DNA from: an uncultured Solirubrobacteraceae bacterium
Lineage (GTDB): Bacteria; Actinomycetota; Thermoleophilia; Solirubrobacterales; Solirubrobacteraceae
Direction: 5' to 3'
Length of the DNA: 64,000 nucleotides
Assembly: GCA_964588985.1 (NCBI GenBank)
Contig: CAZPQW010000002.1
Span: 1 to 64,000 of the forward strand
Made by a program: the position numbers and the translations under genes
The notes under the pieces: generated by a model
The model's input: the letters and a program-made list of their open reading frames with translations, nothing else
What the model was told of the DNA's origin: nothing
The model's database searches: none
Shown here: positions 17,574 through 26,258 of the stretch, piece after piece
How the letters are laid out: each line of letters opens with the position of its first letter
How positions within the stretch are numbered: position 1 is the first letter of the stretch

Positions 17574-18959
17574 CTACTCGGGGGTCTTCAGCTGCTTGGG
17601 CGTCTTCCAGGGAGCGTTTACGCGCCTCTCGATCTCCTCCGCGATGCCCTCGATCGGCACCCGCTCCTGTGCGAGCGAGTCGCGATCGCGCAACGTCACG
17701 GTCCCGTCCTCGATGCTCTGGTGGTCGATCGTAAGACACAACGGCGTTCCTATCTCGTCCTGGCGGCGGTAGCGCTTACCGATCGAGCCGCCCTCGTCGT
17801 ACTCCGACTGCACCCGCTTGCGCAGCGCCTCGTGAACCTCGTGCGCGAGCTCCGGCTGGCCGTCCTTCTTCACCAGCGGCAGCACCGCCGCCTTGATCGG
17901 CGCGAGACGCGGGTGCAGCCGCAGCACCGTCCGCTGCTCGCCGTCGCCCGCTCCCTCGTCGGAGACCAGTTCCTCGTCGTATGCGTCCACCAGGAACGCG
18001 AGCGTCGCGCGGTCCGCGCCCGCCGCCGGCTCGATCACGTGCGGGACGTAGCGCTCGCCGGATGCCTGGTCGAAGTACTCGAGCTTCTCGCCGGAGAACT
18101 CCGCGTGCTGGGTGAGGTCGAAGTCGCCGCGGTTGGCGATCCCCTCGAGCTCCTGCCAGCCGATCGGGAACAGGTATTCCACGTCGGAGGTGCCCGAGGA
18201 GTAGTGCGACAGCTCGTCAGGGTCGTGCGCGCGCAGGCGCAGGTGGTCGGGACGGATGCCCAGGTCGACGTACCAGCGCTCGCGCTCTGACAGCCAGTGC
18301 TCGAACCATTTCTGCGCCTCTGTGGGCGGCACGAAGAACTCCATCTCCATCTGCTCGAACTCGCGCGTGCGGAAGATGAAGTTGCCGGGCGTGATCTCGT
18401 TGCGGAACGACTTGCCCACCTGCGCGATCCCGAACGGCGGCTTCTTGCGCGAGAACTGCAGCACGTTCTTGAAGTTGATGAAGATGCCCTGCGCGGTCTC
18501 CGGGCGCAGGTACGCGGTCGCGCCGGACTCCTTCACCGGGCCGATCGTCGTCTCGAACATCAGGTTGAAGTCGCGCGCCTCCGTCAGGTCGCACTCCTCC
18601 GTCTCGCCCGGGTGCTTCGACGGTTTGCGCCCGCACGGAAGCTCTGAGAGGTGATCGGCGCGGAAGCGCTGCCCGCACGTCTTGCAGTCGACCATCGGGT
18701 CGGTGAAGCCCGCCAGGTGCCCCGAGGCCTCCCACACGCGCGGGTGCTGGAGGATCGCCGAGTCGATCGCCACTATGTCGTCGCGCTCCTGCAGCATCGC
18801 GCGCCACCACTCGTTCTTCACGTTCGACTTCAACAGCACGCCGTAGTGGCCGTAGTCGTAAGTAGAGCCCACGCCGCCGTAGATCTCGGAGGAGGGAAAG
18901 ATGAAGCCGCGCCGCTTGCACAGGGCGACGATCTTCTCCATTGTCACGGGCTCGCTCAT
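17574..18959 (-). CDS. glyQS: Glycine--tRNA ligase (alpha2 type)
   Basis: LRPETAQG, GKSFRNEITP, FRTREFEQME, ELEGIANR, IGKRYRRQDEIG. Confidence 0.97.
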   Translation of the reverse strand: MSEPVTMEKIVALCKRRGFIFPSSEIYGGVGSTYDYGHYGVLLKSNVKNEWWRAMLQERDDIVAIDSAILQHPRVWEASGHLAGFTDPMVDCKTCGQRFRADHLSELPCGRKPSKHPGETEECDLTEARDFNLMFETTIGPVKESGATAYLRPETAQGIFINFKNVLQFSRKKPPFGIAQVGKSFRNEITPGNFIFRTREFEQMEMEFFVPPTEAQKWFEHWLSERERWYVDLGIRPDHLRLRAHDPDELSHYSSGTSDVEYLFPIGWQELEGIANRGDFDLTQHAEFSGEKLEYFDQASGERYVPHVIEPAAGADRATLAFLVDAYDEELVSDEGAGDGEQRTVLRLHPRLAPIKAAVLPLVKKDGQPELAHEVHEALRKRVQSEYDEGGSIGKRYRRQDEIGTPLCLTIDHQSIEDGTVTLRDRDSLAQERVPIEGIAEEIERRVNAPWKTPKQLKTPE

Positions 18960-19005
18960 CGGCGCCGCATGCTATTCGAGTCTTGGGGGGTTACTCTCCG
19001 CCACC

Positions 19006-19503
19006 GTGGCGCGCGTGCTGATAGTCGGAGGTGGTTGTCCGGGCCGGCAGCTCGGCGCCGGTCTCGTCGCGGACGGGCACGCGGTGCGCATCACCACGCG
19101 CTCCGAGGACGGACGTGCGGCGATCGAGTCCAGCGGCGCGGAGTGCTGGGTCGGCACGCCCGACCGGCTCGCCACGCTGCGCGGAGCCCTGGAGAACGTC
19201 ACGCTCGTGTTCTGGCTGCTCGGCTTCGCGGTCGGGTCGGACGAGGAGCTGCGCGCGCTCTACGGCCCGCGTCTGGAGCTGTTCCTCACCCAGGCGATCG
19301 ACACCACCGTACGCGGCTTCGTATACGGCGCGCGCGGAACGACCGTCGCGGAGGACGTGCTCGCCGACGGGGAGCGCACGGTGCGCGCGATCACCGAGCG
19401 CAGCTCGATTCCCACCGCGTTCCTCACCAGCGACCCCGCCGACGTGGACGGCTGGCTGGCGGAGGCGCAGGGCGCCGTGGGCGCGCTGCTCGGTGGCGGA
19501 TGA
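19006..19503 (+). CDS. NAD(P)-binding Rossmann-fold protein
   Basis: RVLIVGGGCPGRQL glycine-rich start; GTG start inferred. Confidence 0.7.
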   Translation: MARVLIVGGGCPGRQLGAGLVADGHAVRITTRSEDGRAAIESSGAECWVGTPDRLATLRGALENVTLVFWLLGFAVGSDEELRALYGPRLELFLTQAIDTTVRGFVYGARGTTVAEDVLADGERTVRAITERSSIPTAFLTSDPADVDGWLAEAQGAVGALLGGG

Positions 19504-19553
19504 TTCGCGCCTGAGATCAAGCCCGCCGGCCGGATGGCCGATGAGATCTGGCT

Positions 19554-20156
19554 ATGGCAGACGAACGCTCTCGCTACGGCTTGATGGTCTCGGCCCTCGG
19601 AGCGATCCTGCTCGCGATCTCCGTGTTCCTGCCCTGGTATGGGATCAGCTTCACCGCCGCGGGAATCGCCGCCGCGCAGCAGATCAGCCAGCAGGTCGTC
19701 CAGGAGTTCGGCAACGCGACGCTGCAGTCCTACACGAGCGGCCTGCACGCGAATCTCGCCGGGCTCGCCGGGCACCAGTTCGCTGCTGTCAGTGCGCACC
19801 AAGTCTTGAAGTACATGAACGTCACGCTGCTCGTGATCGCGGGCCTCGCGCTGCTCGACGTGATGCTGCCGCTCGCGCGGCCGCTGCCGTCGATGCCAGA
19901 CGGAGCGGGAGGGTCCGCCGTGCTGCTCGGCGCCATCGCGGCGGTGTGCGTGGTGTTTCGGATGGTCGACCGGCCGGTGCCGGTCGAAGGGCTCATGTCG
20001 CTGTCGCTGCGCGAGGGCGCGTGGCTCGCGCTGCTCGGCTCGATCACGATGGTCCTCGGCGGGATGTGGCCGCGCGTCACGACCGCACCGGCGAGCTCCG
20101 AACCGAAGCTCCAGGACAGCTGGTCAGCCCTCTCGGGCTGGACCCCCAGCGCCTGA
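19554..20156 (+). CDS. Hypothetical membrane protein
   Basis: ISVFLPWY followed by about four hydrophobic helices; coding-like codon usage. Confidence 0.7.
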   Translation: MADERSRYGLMVSALGAILLAISVFLPWYGISFTAAGIAAAQQISQQVVQEFGNATLQSYTSGLHANLAGLAGHQFAAVSAHQVLKYMNVTLLVIAGLALLDVMLPLARPLPSMPDGAGGSAVLLGAIAAVCVVFRMVDRPVPVEGLMSLSLREGAWLALLGSITMVLGGMWPRVTTAPASSEPKLQDSWSALSGWTPSA

Positions 20157-20272
20157 TCTCGTCGGCTGGGACGTCGGATCGAGGGGACTCCGGGGCGCGC
20201 GCTCCGGGGCGCTATCCTGATCTGTAATCCCTATAAAGTCGATCCGGATTAGATCTGGAAGGATGGACATCA

Positions 20273-20932
20273 ATGACGCTGCAACTTGGCGACGTAGCAC
20301 CGGACTTCGAGGCGGACACCACCGAGGGTCGCATCAAATTCCACGAGTGGATCGGCGACTCCTGGGCGGTGCTGTTCAGCCATCCCAAGGACTTCACCCC
20401 CGTCTGCACCACGGAGCTCGGGTACATGGCCAAAGCCAAGCCTGAGTTCGACCAGCGCAACGTGAAGATCATCGGCCTGTCCGTCGACGCGCTCGACAAC
20501 CACGAGGCGTGGGCGAAGGACATCGAGGAGACCCAGGGAACGGCCCCGAACTACCCGATCATCAGCGACAGCGACTTCAACGTTTCGAAGCTCTACGGCA
20601 TGCTGCCCGCGAGCACGTCCGGCGACCCGCTCACGCGCACGCCCGCCGACAACCAGACGGTGCGCAACGTGTTCGTGATCGGGCCGGACAAGAAGGTCAA
20701 GCTGATCCTCGTCTACCCGATGACCACCGGGCGCAACTTCGACGAGGTGCTGCGTGTGATCGACTCGCTGCAGCTGACCGCCAACCACAAGGTCGCCACG
20801 CCCGTCAACTGGAAACGCGGCGAGAAGGTCATCATCGCCGGGTCGGTTTCCAACGACGAGGCCAAAGAGACCTACCCGGACGGGTGGGAGGAGCCCCGCC
20901 CCTACATCCGTCTGGTCCCAGAGCCCGTCTAA
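20273..20932 (+). CDS. 1-Cys peroxiredoxin (Prx6 type)
   Basis: FSHPKDFTPVCTTELG, YPMTTGRNFDEVLR. Confidence 0.95.
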   Translation: MTLQLGDVAPDFEADTTEGRIKFHEWIGDSWAVLFSHPKDFTPVCTTELGYMAKAKPEFDQRNVKIIGLSVDALDNHEAWAKDIEETQGTAPNYPIISDSDFNVSKLYGMLPASTSGDPLTRTPADNQTVRNVFVIGPDKKVKLILVYPMTTGRNFDEVLRVIDSLQLTANHKVATPVNWKRGEKVIIAGSVSNDEAKETYPDGWEEPRPYIRLVPEPV

Positions 20933-21507
20933 GCAGAAGAAGGTAGGCCGAAGCCGTCGGGAGCGGCCGTCTGCAGCCACTCGAGCAGATGCTCGAGGAT
21001 GCGGGCGGTCGCGCCCCAGATGAGGTGCTCGTCGACCACGTACGCGTCGGTCTCGAAGCTGATCCCGCGCCGTTCGATCTGCGTGCGCGTGCGGCCCGCC
21101 CGGATGGCCGACAACGGCAGCTCGAGCACCGCGTCGACCTCGCGCTCCGAAGGGCGCCACTCGACGCCCGCGGGGATGGTGCCGACGAACGGATGGATCA
21201 CGTAGTTGGTCACGAACGTCGAGGTGGGGGGCAGCTCGCCGATCAGGCTCACGCGCTCGCGCTCCAGGCCGATCTCCTCCTGCGCCTCGCGCAGCGCCGT
21301 GTCCGTAAGGGTCGCGTCCTCGGGGTCCCTGCGCCCGCCGGGGAACGAGATCTCGCCCGCGTGGCGGCGCAGGTCCGCGCGACGACGGGTGAGCACCACG
21401 TGGGGTTCGGCGACACCTGCGACATCGCTGAGGAACAGCGGCACGAGGACCGCGGCCGGAACCTGCTCGGCGGTCGACTGCTCAGGCGGCCAGGTGAACG
21501 CGCTCAA
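20929..21507 (-). CDS. CoA pyrophosphatase (Nudix)
   Basis: LTRR..LRRHAGEISFPGG, ALREAQEEIGL, IWGATA. Confidence 0.92.
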   Translation of the reverse strand: MSAFTWPPEQSTAEQVPAAVLVPLFLSDVAGVAEPHVVLTRRRADLRRHAGEISFPGGRRDPEDATLTDTALREAQEEIGLERERVSLIGELPPTSTFVTNYVIHPFVGTIPAGVEWRPSEREVDAVLELPLSAIRAGRTRTQIERRGISFETDAYVVDEHLIWGATARILEHLLEWLQTAAPDGFGLPSSA

Positions 21508-21916
21508 TGCGCTCCTGGAACATGACCTCGCCGTCGAGCGCGCGGTGCACCGGGCACTTCGCCGCGATCACGCGCAGGCGCTCCACCTGCTCGTCGGGGA
21601 GGTTCTCCGGCAGCCGCATCACGAGCTGGAACTTCGTCGGGCATCCGCGCTCGGCGGGGCTGTACTCGACCGCCACCTCCACGTGGCCGATGTCCCACCC
21701 CTTGCGGGCCGCGTACATCTCCATCGTGATCGCCGTACACGACGCGAGGCTCACCGCGAGCAGCTCCTGCGGGTCCGGTCCCATGTCGTCTCCGCCCACG
21801 TCCAGCGGCTCGTCGACCGTCAGCTGATGGTCGCGCACCTGCACCGTGTGTCTGAACGTCCCGCCATCGCGCCGCGCGGTGGCCTTCATCCGTGTGAGCC
21901 CTTGCGTTTCAGCCAT
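21482..21916 (-). CDS. OsmC family protein
   Basis: DEPLDVGG..GPDPQELLAVSLASCT...KCPVHRAL. Confidence 0.92.
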   Translation of the reverse strand: MAETQGLTRMKATARRDGGTFRHTVQVRDHQLTVDEPLDVGGDDMGPDPQELLAVSLASCTAITMEMYAARKGWDIGHVEVAVEYSPAERGCPTKFQLVMRLPENLPDEQVERLRVIAAKCPVHRALDGEVMFQERIERVHLAA

Positions 21917-21973
21917 TTCGATCCCTTCAATCGATCCTGCGTCCCTCGCCAGCGATGATATCCCTCGTCCCGG

Positions 21974-23242
21974 CTAGGACAGGGGATTGAAAAGCAGGCC
22001 GGTGAGCAGCTTTGGGTAGAAGAACGTCGACTTCGGCGGCATGTTCTCGCCTGCTGCGGCCACGTCGCGAACCTGCTCGACCGGCATGGGACGCATGAAA
22101 AAGGCGGCATCGAACTCGCCCGAGCGGACCTTCTCGAGCGCCTCGGCGGTGTCGCGCGCGTAGAACAGGCCGTTGAAGTGCGAGATGTCATCGTCGCTCA
22201 GACCCAGGGCATTCTTGAGCACCAATGTCTCCAGCACTCCAGTGTCGAGGTGACGGTAGGGCTCTGAGTGCCCGGGGAGCGCGGCGTCGGCGATCGCCTG
22301 GTCTTTGAGTGTGAGCCTCAGCGCACGGCCGTTGCGGCCGTCGATGTAGCCGAGCTGCATCGGGCCGCCGGAGTCCGGCTCGGGCGCGATCTGCTCGACC
22401 GGGATCTCGGAGATGTCGAAGTCGCGCTCCAGCGCATCTTGGAGGGCCTCGTAGCGGGCGTCGTCGAGGCCGCGGACGAGCCGGTGGGTGGGGAACACCG
22501 TCAGGCCCGGGTCCTCCAGAGCGACGAGGCACATGAGGATGTAGTTGTGCTCGCCCGCGCCGCTGACCTCCTCGGCGTAGGTGCGCATCGTCTCGTAGCG
22601 GTGGTGGCCGTCCGCGATCAGCAGCTCCGCGTCGCGTGTCGCGGCCTGCACGGCGGCGATCGCCTCGGGGTCGGTCACGCGCCAGATGCGGTGGACGGTG
22701 CCGTCGCCGTCTGTCACTTCGCCCCACGGGGCCGAGGCGGTCGCCCGTTCGAGCGCCTGCCAGGCGGCCTGGGTTGGGTCGGAGTAGAGCGAGAAGATGG
22801 GGGAGACGTTCGTGCGTGTCGCGCGGGTGAGGCGCAGCCGGTCCTCCTTCGGGCCGGGGTGCGTGCGCTCGTGCGGACGGACGCGGCCGGGGCCGTACTC
22901 CTCGATTCGCACGCGGCAGAAGAAGCCGCGACGGGTGCGGGATTGGCCGTCCGGCCCGGTGTAGTCCTGGGTGTGCGCCCAGATCGCCGGCTCATCGTCG
23001 CGGACGATGGCGCCCTGCCGCTGCCAGCTCTCGAACAGCTCGCCCGCGGCCGTGTAAGGGTCCTGCTGGTTTGGCTCGGCGTTGGGGAGGTCGACGGCGA
23101 CGACATTGAACGGGGAGCGCTCGAGCAGCTCGGCGCGCTGGGTCATGTCGATCACGTCGTAGGGGGGCGCGACGACGCTCGAGATCGGCCCGACGACGGC
23201 GGGGTCGTAGTGGAGGGCGCGCAGCGGTTGAACGTCGGCCAT
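21974..23242 (-). CDS. DUF1015 family protein
   Basis: APPYDVI, RPHERT, IADGHHRYET, MPPKSTFFYPKLLTG. Confidence 0.92.
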   Translation of the reverse strand: MADVQPLRALHYDPAVVGPISSVVAPPYDVIDMTQRAELLERSPFNVVAVDLPNAEPNQQDPYTAAGELFESWQRQGAIVRDDEPAIWAHTQDYTGPDGQSRTRRGFFCRVRIEEYGPGRVRPHERTHPGPKEDRLRLTRATRTNVSPIFSLYSDPTQAAWQALERATASAPWGEVTDGDGTVHRIWRVTDPEAIAAVQAATRDAELLIADGHHRYETMRTYAEEVSGAGEHNYILMCLVALEDPGLTVFPTHRLVRGLDDARYEALQDALERDFDISEIPVEQIAPEPDSGGPMQLGYIDGRNGRALRLTLKDQAIADAALPGHSEPYRHLDTGVLETLVLKNALGLSDDDISHFNGLFYARDTAEALEKVRSGEFDAAFFMRPMPVEQVRDVAAAGENMPPKSTFFYPKLLTGLLFNPLS

Positions 23243-23307
23243 GGGCGGGGGCGGAGGCTAGCAGTCGGGAGGGCCGGCGCCGTATAGCAGTAGACTTACC
23301 GGTGCGT

Positions 23308-23381
23308 CGGGGCGTGGCGCAGCCTGGTAGCGCGCGCCGTTTGGGTCGGCGAGGTCCCCGGTTCGAATCCGGGCGCCCCGA
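23308..23381 (+). tRNA. tRNA-Pro (anticodon UGG), CCA not encoded
   Basis: CGGGGCG/CGCCCCG acceptor stem, TGGCGCAGCCTGGTAGCGC D-arm, CGCCG-TT-TGG-GT-CGGCG anticodon arm, GGTTCGAATCC T-loop. Confidence 0.96.
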
Positions 23382-23439
23382 TACTTTTGTCTGCGAATGC
23401 AGGCGAACAGTAATGAATAGGGGCGAGCAGGCCCGCGGA

Positions 23440-23560
23440 TTAGCTCGGCAAGGTCGCGGCGGCATGCTCAAGATCGCGGCGATCTATGACGCGCTCGACG
23501 AGGTAACCGGCTTGCTCGTCGGTGTTAAGTGTTTGTAGCTCGGCTTGCGTGATACATCCA
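23440..23560 (-). pseudogene. Possible eroded toxin remnant downstream of the Phd antitoxin
   Basis: Open frame without a convincing start: ..ITQAELQTLNTDEQAGYLVERVIDRRDLEHAAATLPS*. It occupies the toxin position. Confidence 0.3.
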
Positions 23561-23578
23561 GAAGGAGCCCCGCCGGCT

Positions 23579-23860
23579 CTACCGACTGCTCGGCGGCTCG
23601 TCTGCTTCGAGTTCCGTGCGTACGTCGGCGAGCGACACTGTTTCGCCGGCCGCCAGCTCGCGGTCGGCGGTGGCCATGCCCTCGATGAACTCAGGGGCGT
23701 GGGCGAGAACGAAGTCCTCGAACTCTGCCGAGTCGACCGGGAGCATGTAGACCACAGGCCGACCACGACGCGTGACCAGCGCCGGCTCCTTGCTCTGCTC
23801 GATGTCGTTGATGATGGAGCTTGCGTGTCTCGCAAGCTCGCGTACGCCGATCGTGCTCAT
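23579..23860 (-). CDS. Phd/YefM family antitoxin
   Basis: MSTIGVRELARHASSII...PALVTRRGRPV; acidic C-terminus. Confidence 0.88.
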   Translation of the reverse strand: MSTIGVRELARHASSIINDIEQSKEPALVTRRGRPVVYMLPVDSAEFEDFVLAHAPEFIEGMATADRELAAGETVSLADVRTELEADEPPSSR

Positions 23861-24076
23861 ATCGGTTCCCTGGATGTGCGTATCAATGTACACACAAGAA
23901 TAGCACCCGGGTGAACTCCGCCTGCCCAACAGTTTCCTGTACGAATGTTACGTATGGCATACATCGGGCTGGCGCGGCGCGAAGCCCGGCATGAGGCGCG
24001 CGTGGCTGCTGCAAATCTGCCGCAGACGTCCGAAAAACCGCATTCCCAAGCCAACTTGAACCGATCGCCCCGATTC

Positions 24077-24733
24077 TCACATTCGAAGCCGGTCGAGTCC
24101 CTCGAGGATGAGATCGAGCCCCCACACGAACTCGACGGCGTTGTCGTAGCCGGACTCGGGGAGCTTCGTCGCGATCTCGACGAGGTGCGGGTAGTCCTCG
24201 AGCGCGTCGATCGTCCGGGCCCTGCGCTGCGCGGCTTCCCCGGCGCTGGCGGGGGTTTCGAGTCCCAGATCCCGTTCCTGCAGGGCGAAGCCGTAGATGT
24301 AGGCGTCCTGAAGCGAATAGGCGTGGATCGCCATCTCGAACGAGAAGCCCGCGCCCCGCAGGCAGCCCATCACCGCGTTGTGGTTTCGCAGGTTCGCCGG
24401 CCCCGGGCGCCGCGACTCCATCATCCCTATGGCCCATCCGTGGCGCTTCAGCGCATCGCGCGTCGAGATTGCGCGGCGCCGCATCGCGGAGCGCCAGTCG
24501 AGATCCCCGGATGGGAGCTCGATCTCGCCGAAGACGATGTCGACCATGCCGTCCAGGAGCTCCTCCTTGTTCGCGACGTGCTTGTAGAGCGCCATCGGCA
24601 CGACGCCGAGCTCCTGTGCGAGCCCGCGCATGCTGAACGCGTCCAGCCCCGCCTCGTCGGCGAGGGCGACGGCGGCCTGGAGTACTCGGGCGCTGCTCAG
24701 TGGTTGGCGGGTCGCGATCTTCTGTTTCGTCAT
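24077..24733 (-). CDS. TetR family regulator (TetR_C domain)
   Basis: LADEAGLDAFSMRGLAQELGVVPMALYKHVANKEELLD; FVWGLDLILEGL. Confidence 0.94.
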   Translation of the reverse strand: MTKQKIATRQPLSSARVLQAAVALADEAGLDAFSMRGLAQELGVVPMALYKHVANKEELLDGMVDIVFGEIELPSGDLDWRSAMRRRAISTRDALKRHGWAIGMMESRRPGPANLRNHNAVMGCLRGAGFSFEMAIHAYSLQDAYIYGFALQERDLGLETPASAGEAAQRRARTIDALEDYPHLVEIATKLPESGYDNAVEFVWGLDLILEGLDRLRM

Positions 24734-24738
24734 CGGCC

Positions 24739-24767
24739 TTGACAAGTGTACACCGTACACCTATAGT
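24739..24767 (+). promoter_or_regulatory. Sigma70-type promoter for the DUF4389 gene
   Basis: TTGACA (24739-24744), 17-bp spacer, TATAGT (24762-24767). Confidence 0.85.
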
Positions 24768-24793
24768 TCCCGAAACGAGTGTACGCCGTACAC
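24746..24793. promoter_or_regulatory. Two TetR operators, GTGTAC-N3-GTACAC
   Basis: GTGTACaccGTACAC (24746-24760) and GTGTACgccGTACAC (24779-24793) between the divergent genes. Confidence 0.88.
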
Positions 24794-24811
24794 CTCACTG
24801 AAAGGCACCTC

Positions 24812-25438
24812 ATGGACCCCGACGCGCCGTATCCCGTCCAGTACTCCGTCGACTACCCGGACCGGCCGCTCAACCGCCTCACCACCTTCTTTCGCCTGTT
24901 CATGGTCATCCCGATCGGCATCGTGCTCGCCCTTCTCGAGGGCAGCGTCTCCGCCTACGGTGGGAGGGCCGGCGGGACCGCCAGCGCTGTCGGCCTGGTC
25001 GTGCTGCCCACGGTGCTGTTGATCCTCTTCCGGCAGAAGTACCCGCGTTGGTGGTTCGACTGGAACCTCGAACTGATGCGCTTCTCCGCCCGCGTCGGCG
25101 TCTACCTGACACTGATGGAGGATCGCTACCCCTCCACCGACGAGCAGCAGGCGGTGCACCTCGAGTTTCCCTACCCGGACGCGCGCAACGACCTCAACCG
25201 CTGGCTGCCGCTGGTGAAGTGGCTGCTGGCGATTCCGCACTATGTGGTGCTGTTCTTCCTCTACATCGCCGCGTTCTTCGTCGTGATCGCCGCGTGGTTC
25301 GCGATCCTGTTCACCGGGCGCTTCCCACGCGGGATGTTCGACTTCCTCGTCGGCGTCGGTCGCTGGACAAATCGGGTGGTCGCCTACGCGCACGTGCTCG
25401 TGACCGATCGCTACCCGCCGTTCCGTCTCGCCCCGTAG
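24812..25438 (+). CDS. DUF4389 domain membrane protein (two repeats)
   Basis: LNRLTTFFRL...KYPRWWFDW..EDRYP and LNRWLPLVKWLLAIPHY...TDRYPPFRL. Confidence 0.88.
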   Translation: MDPDAPYPVQYSVDYPDRPLNRLTTFFRLFMVIPIGIVLALLEGSVSAYGGRAGGTASAVGLVVLPTVLLILFRQKYPRWWFDWNLELMRFSARVGVYLTLMEDRYPSTDEQQAVHLEFPYPDARNDLNRWLPLVKWLLAIPHYVVLFFLYIAAFFVVIAAWFAILFTGRFPRGMFDFLVGVGRWTNRVVAYAHVLVTDRYPPFRLAP

Positions 25439-25528
25439 GTTCCCGTACGGGAGCCGGCGGGCGATGGCCGTGATTGGGCCACAGATAGGTCTGATCACGG
25501 CTCCGCGGAACTGTTAGGGTCATTTGTC

Positions 25529-26059
25529 GTGAGGGCGGTACCCGATGCCATTGCGAGGTACCGGCGATCGGTGGCTGTCGTCACGGCGTCATTCGCACTG
25601 ACGCTGCCGGGAGTGGCGGTGGCTCTCTCCCACCCGAAGGTGCGCGGCGGCTATTACGCCAGCCTCGTCGGAGTCCCATCCGCGGGCGTGTCGTTTCATG
25701 TGCGCGGGCGTGGAAAGCTCCCCGATCTCACGCTCGGCTGCGAACCGGCGACACCGAACGTGTCGGCATCCACCGTCGACATAGCGGTACATGCGCCGGT
25801 CTTGACGCTGAGCAAGACGGGCCGTTTCTCCTACAGCGGTCCCGCTGAAGTGACCGAAGACTTCGCGGGCGCTCCGAAGATCGGCACGACGACCCTGACC
25901 ATCAGCGGATACCACGTCAACGGCCCTGTGCACCACTACACCTTCGAGGGTCGTCACCTGCAGGAGACCACCGCCTTCAAGGGCACGGCCGGCAGCCCAG
26001 CCTGCGCGCCGACGAGTGCCACGAGGTTCATGCTGTTCGGCCCGGTTCCGGGCGAGTAG
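25529..26059 (+). CDS. Hypothetical secreted protein
   Basis: Signal-like N-terminus (ALTLPGVAVA), beta-rich body, two Cys. Confidence 0.6.
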   Translation: MRAVPDAIARYRRSVAVVTASFALTLPGVAVALSHPKVRGGYYASLVGVPSAGVSFHVRGRGKLPDLTLGCEPATPNVSASTVDIAVHAPVLTLSKTGRFSYSGPAEVTEDFAGAPKIGTTTLTISGYHVNGPVHHYTFEGRHLQETTAFKGTAGSPACAPTSATRFMLFGPVPGE

Positions 26060-26258
26060 CGCCGGTATCGTCGAAGCTCGCTGCCGGCCTCGGTCATTGC
26101 CGGTCTACGGTGCTCTGACGCGGGGGCCGCCCGCTGGCACATATCCAGCTAGTAGAAACTGTCGGATATTGGATAGATTTTGTTGATCGTCGGATGCAAA
26201 ACGCGCAAGCATCGGAGATCATTCGAAGTCGGATGTTCAACACGATCGCGACCTGACG

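Noticed and set aside
23302-23538. 78-aa ORF over the tRNA
   Set aside because: It overlaps a canonical tRNA-Pro and has no protein features.
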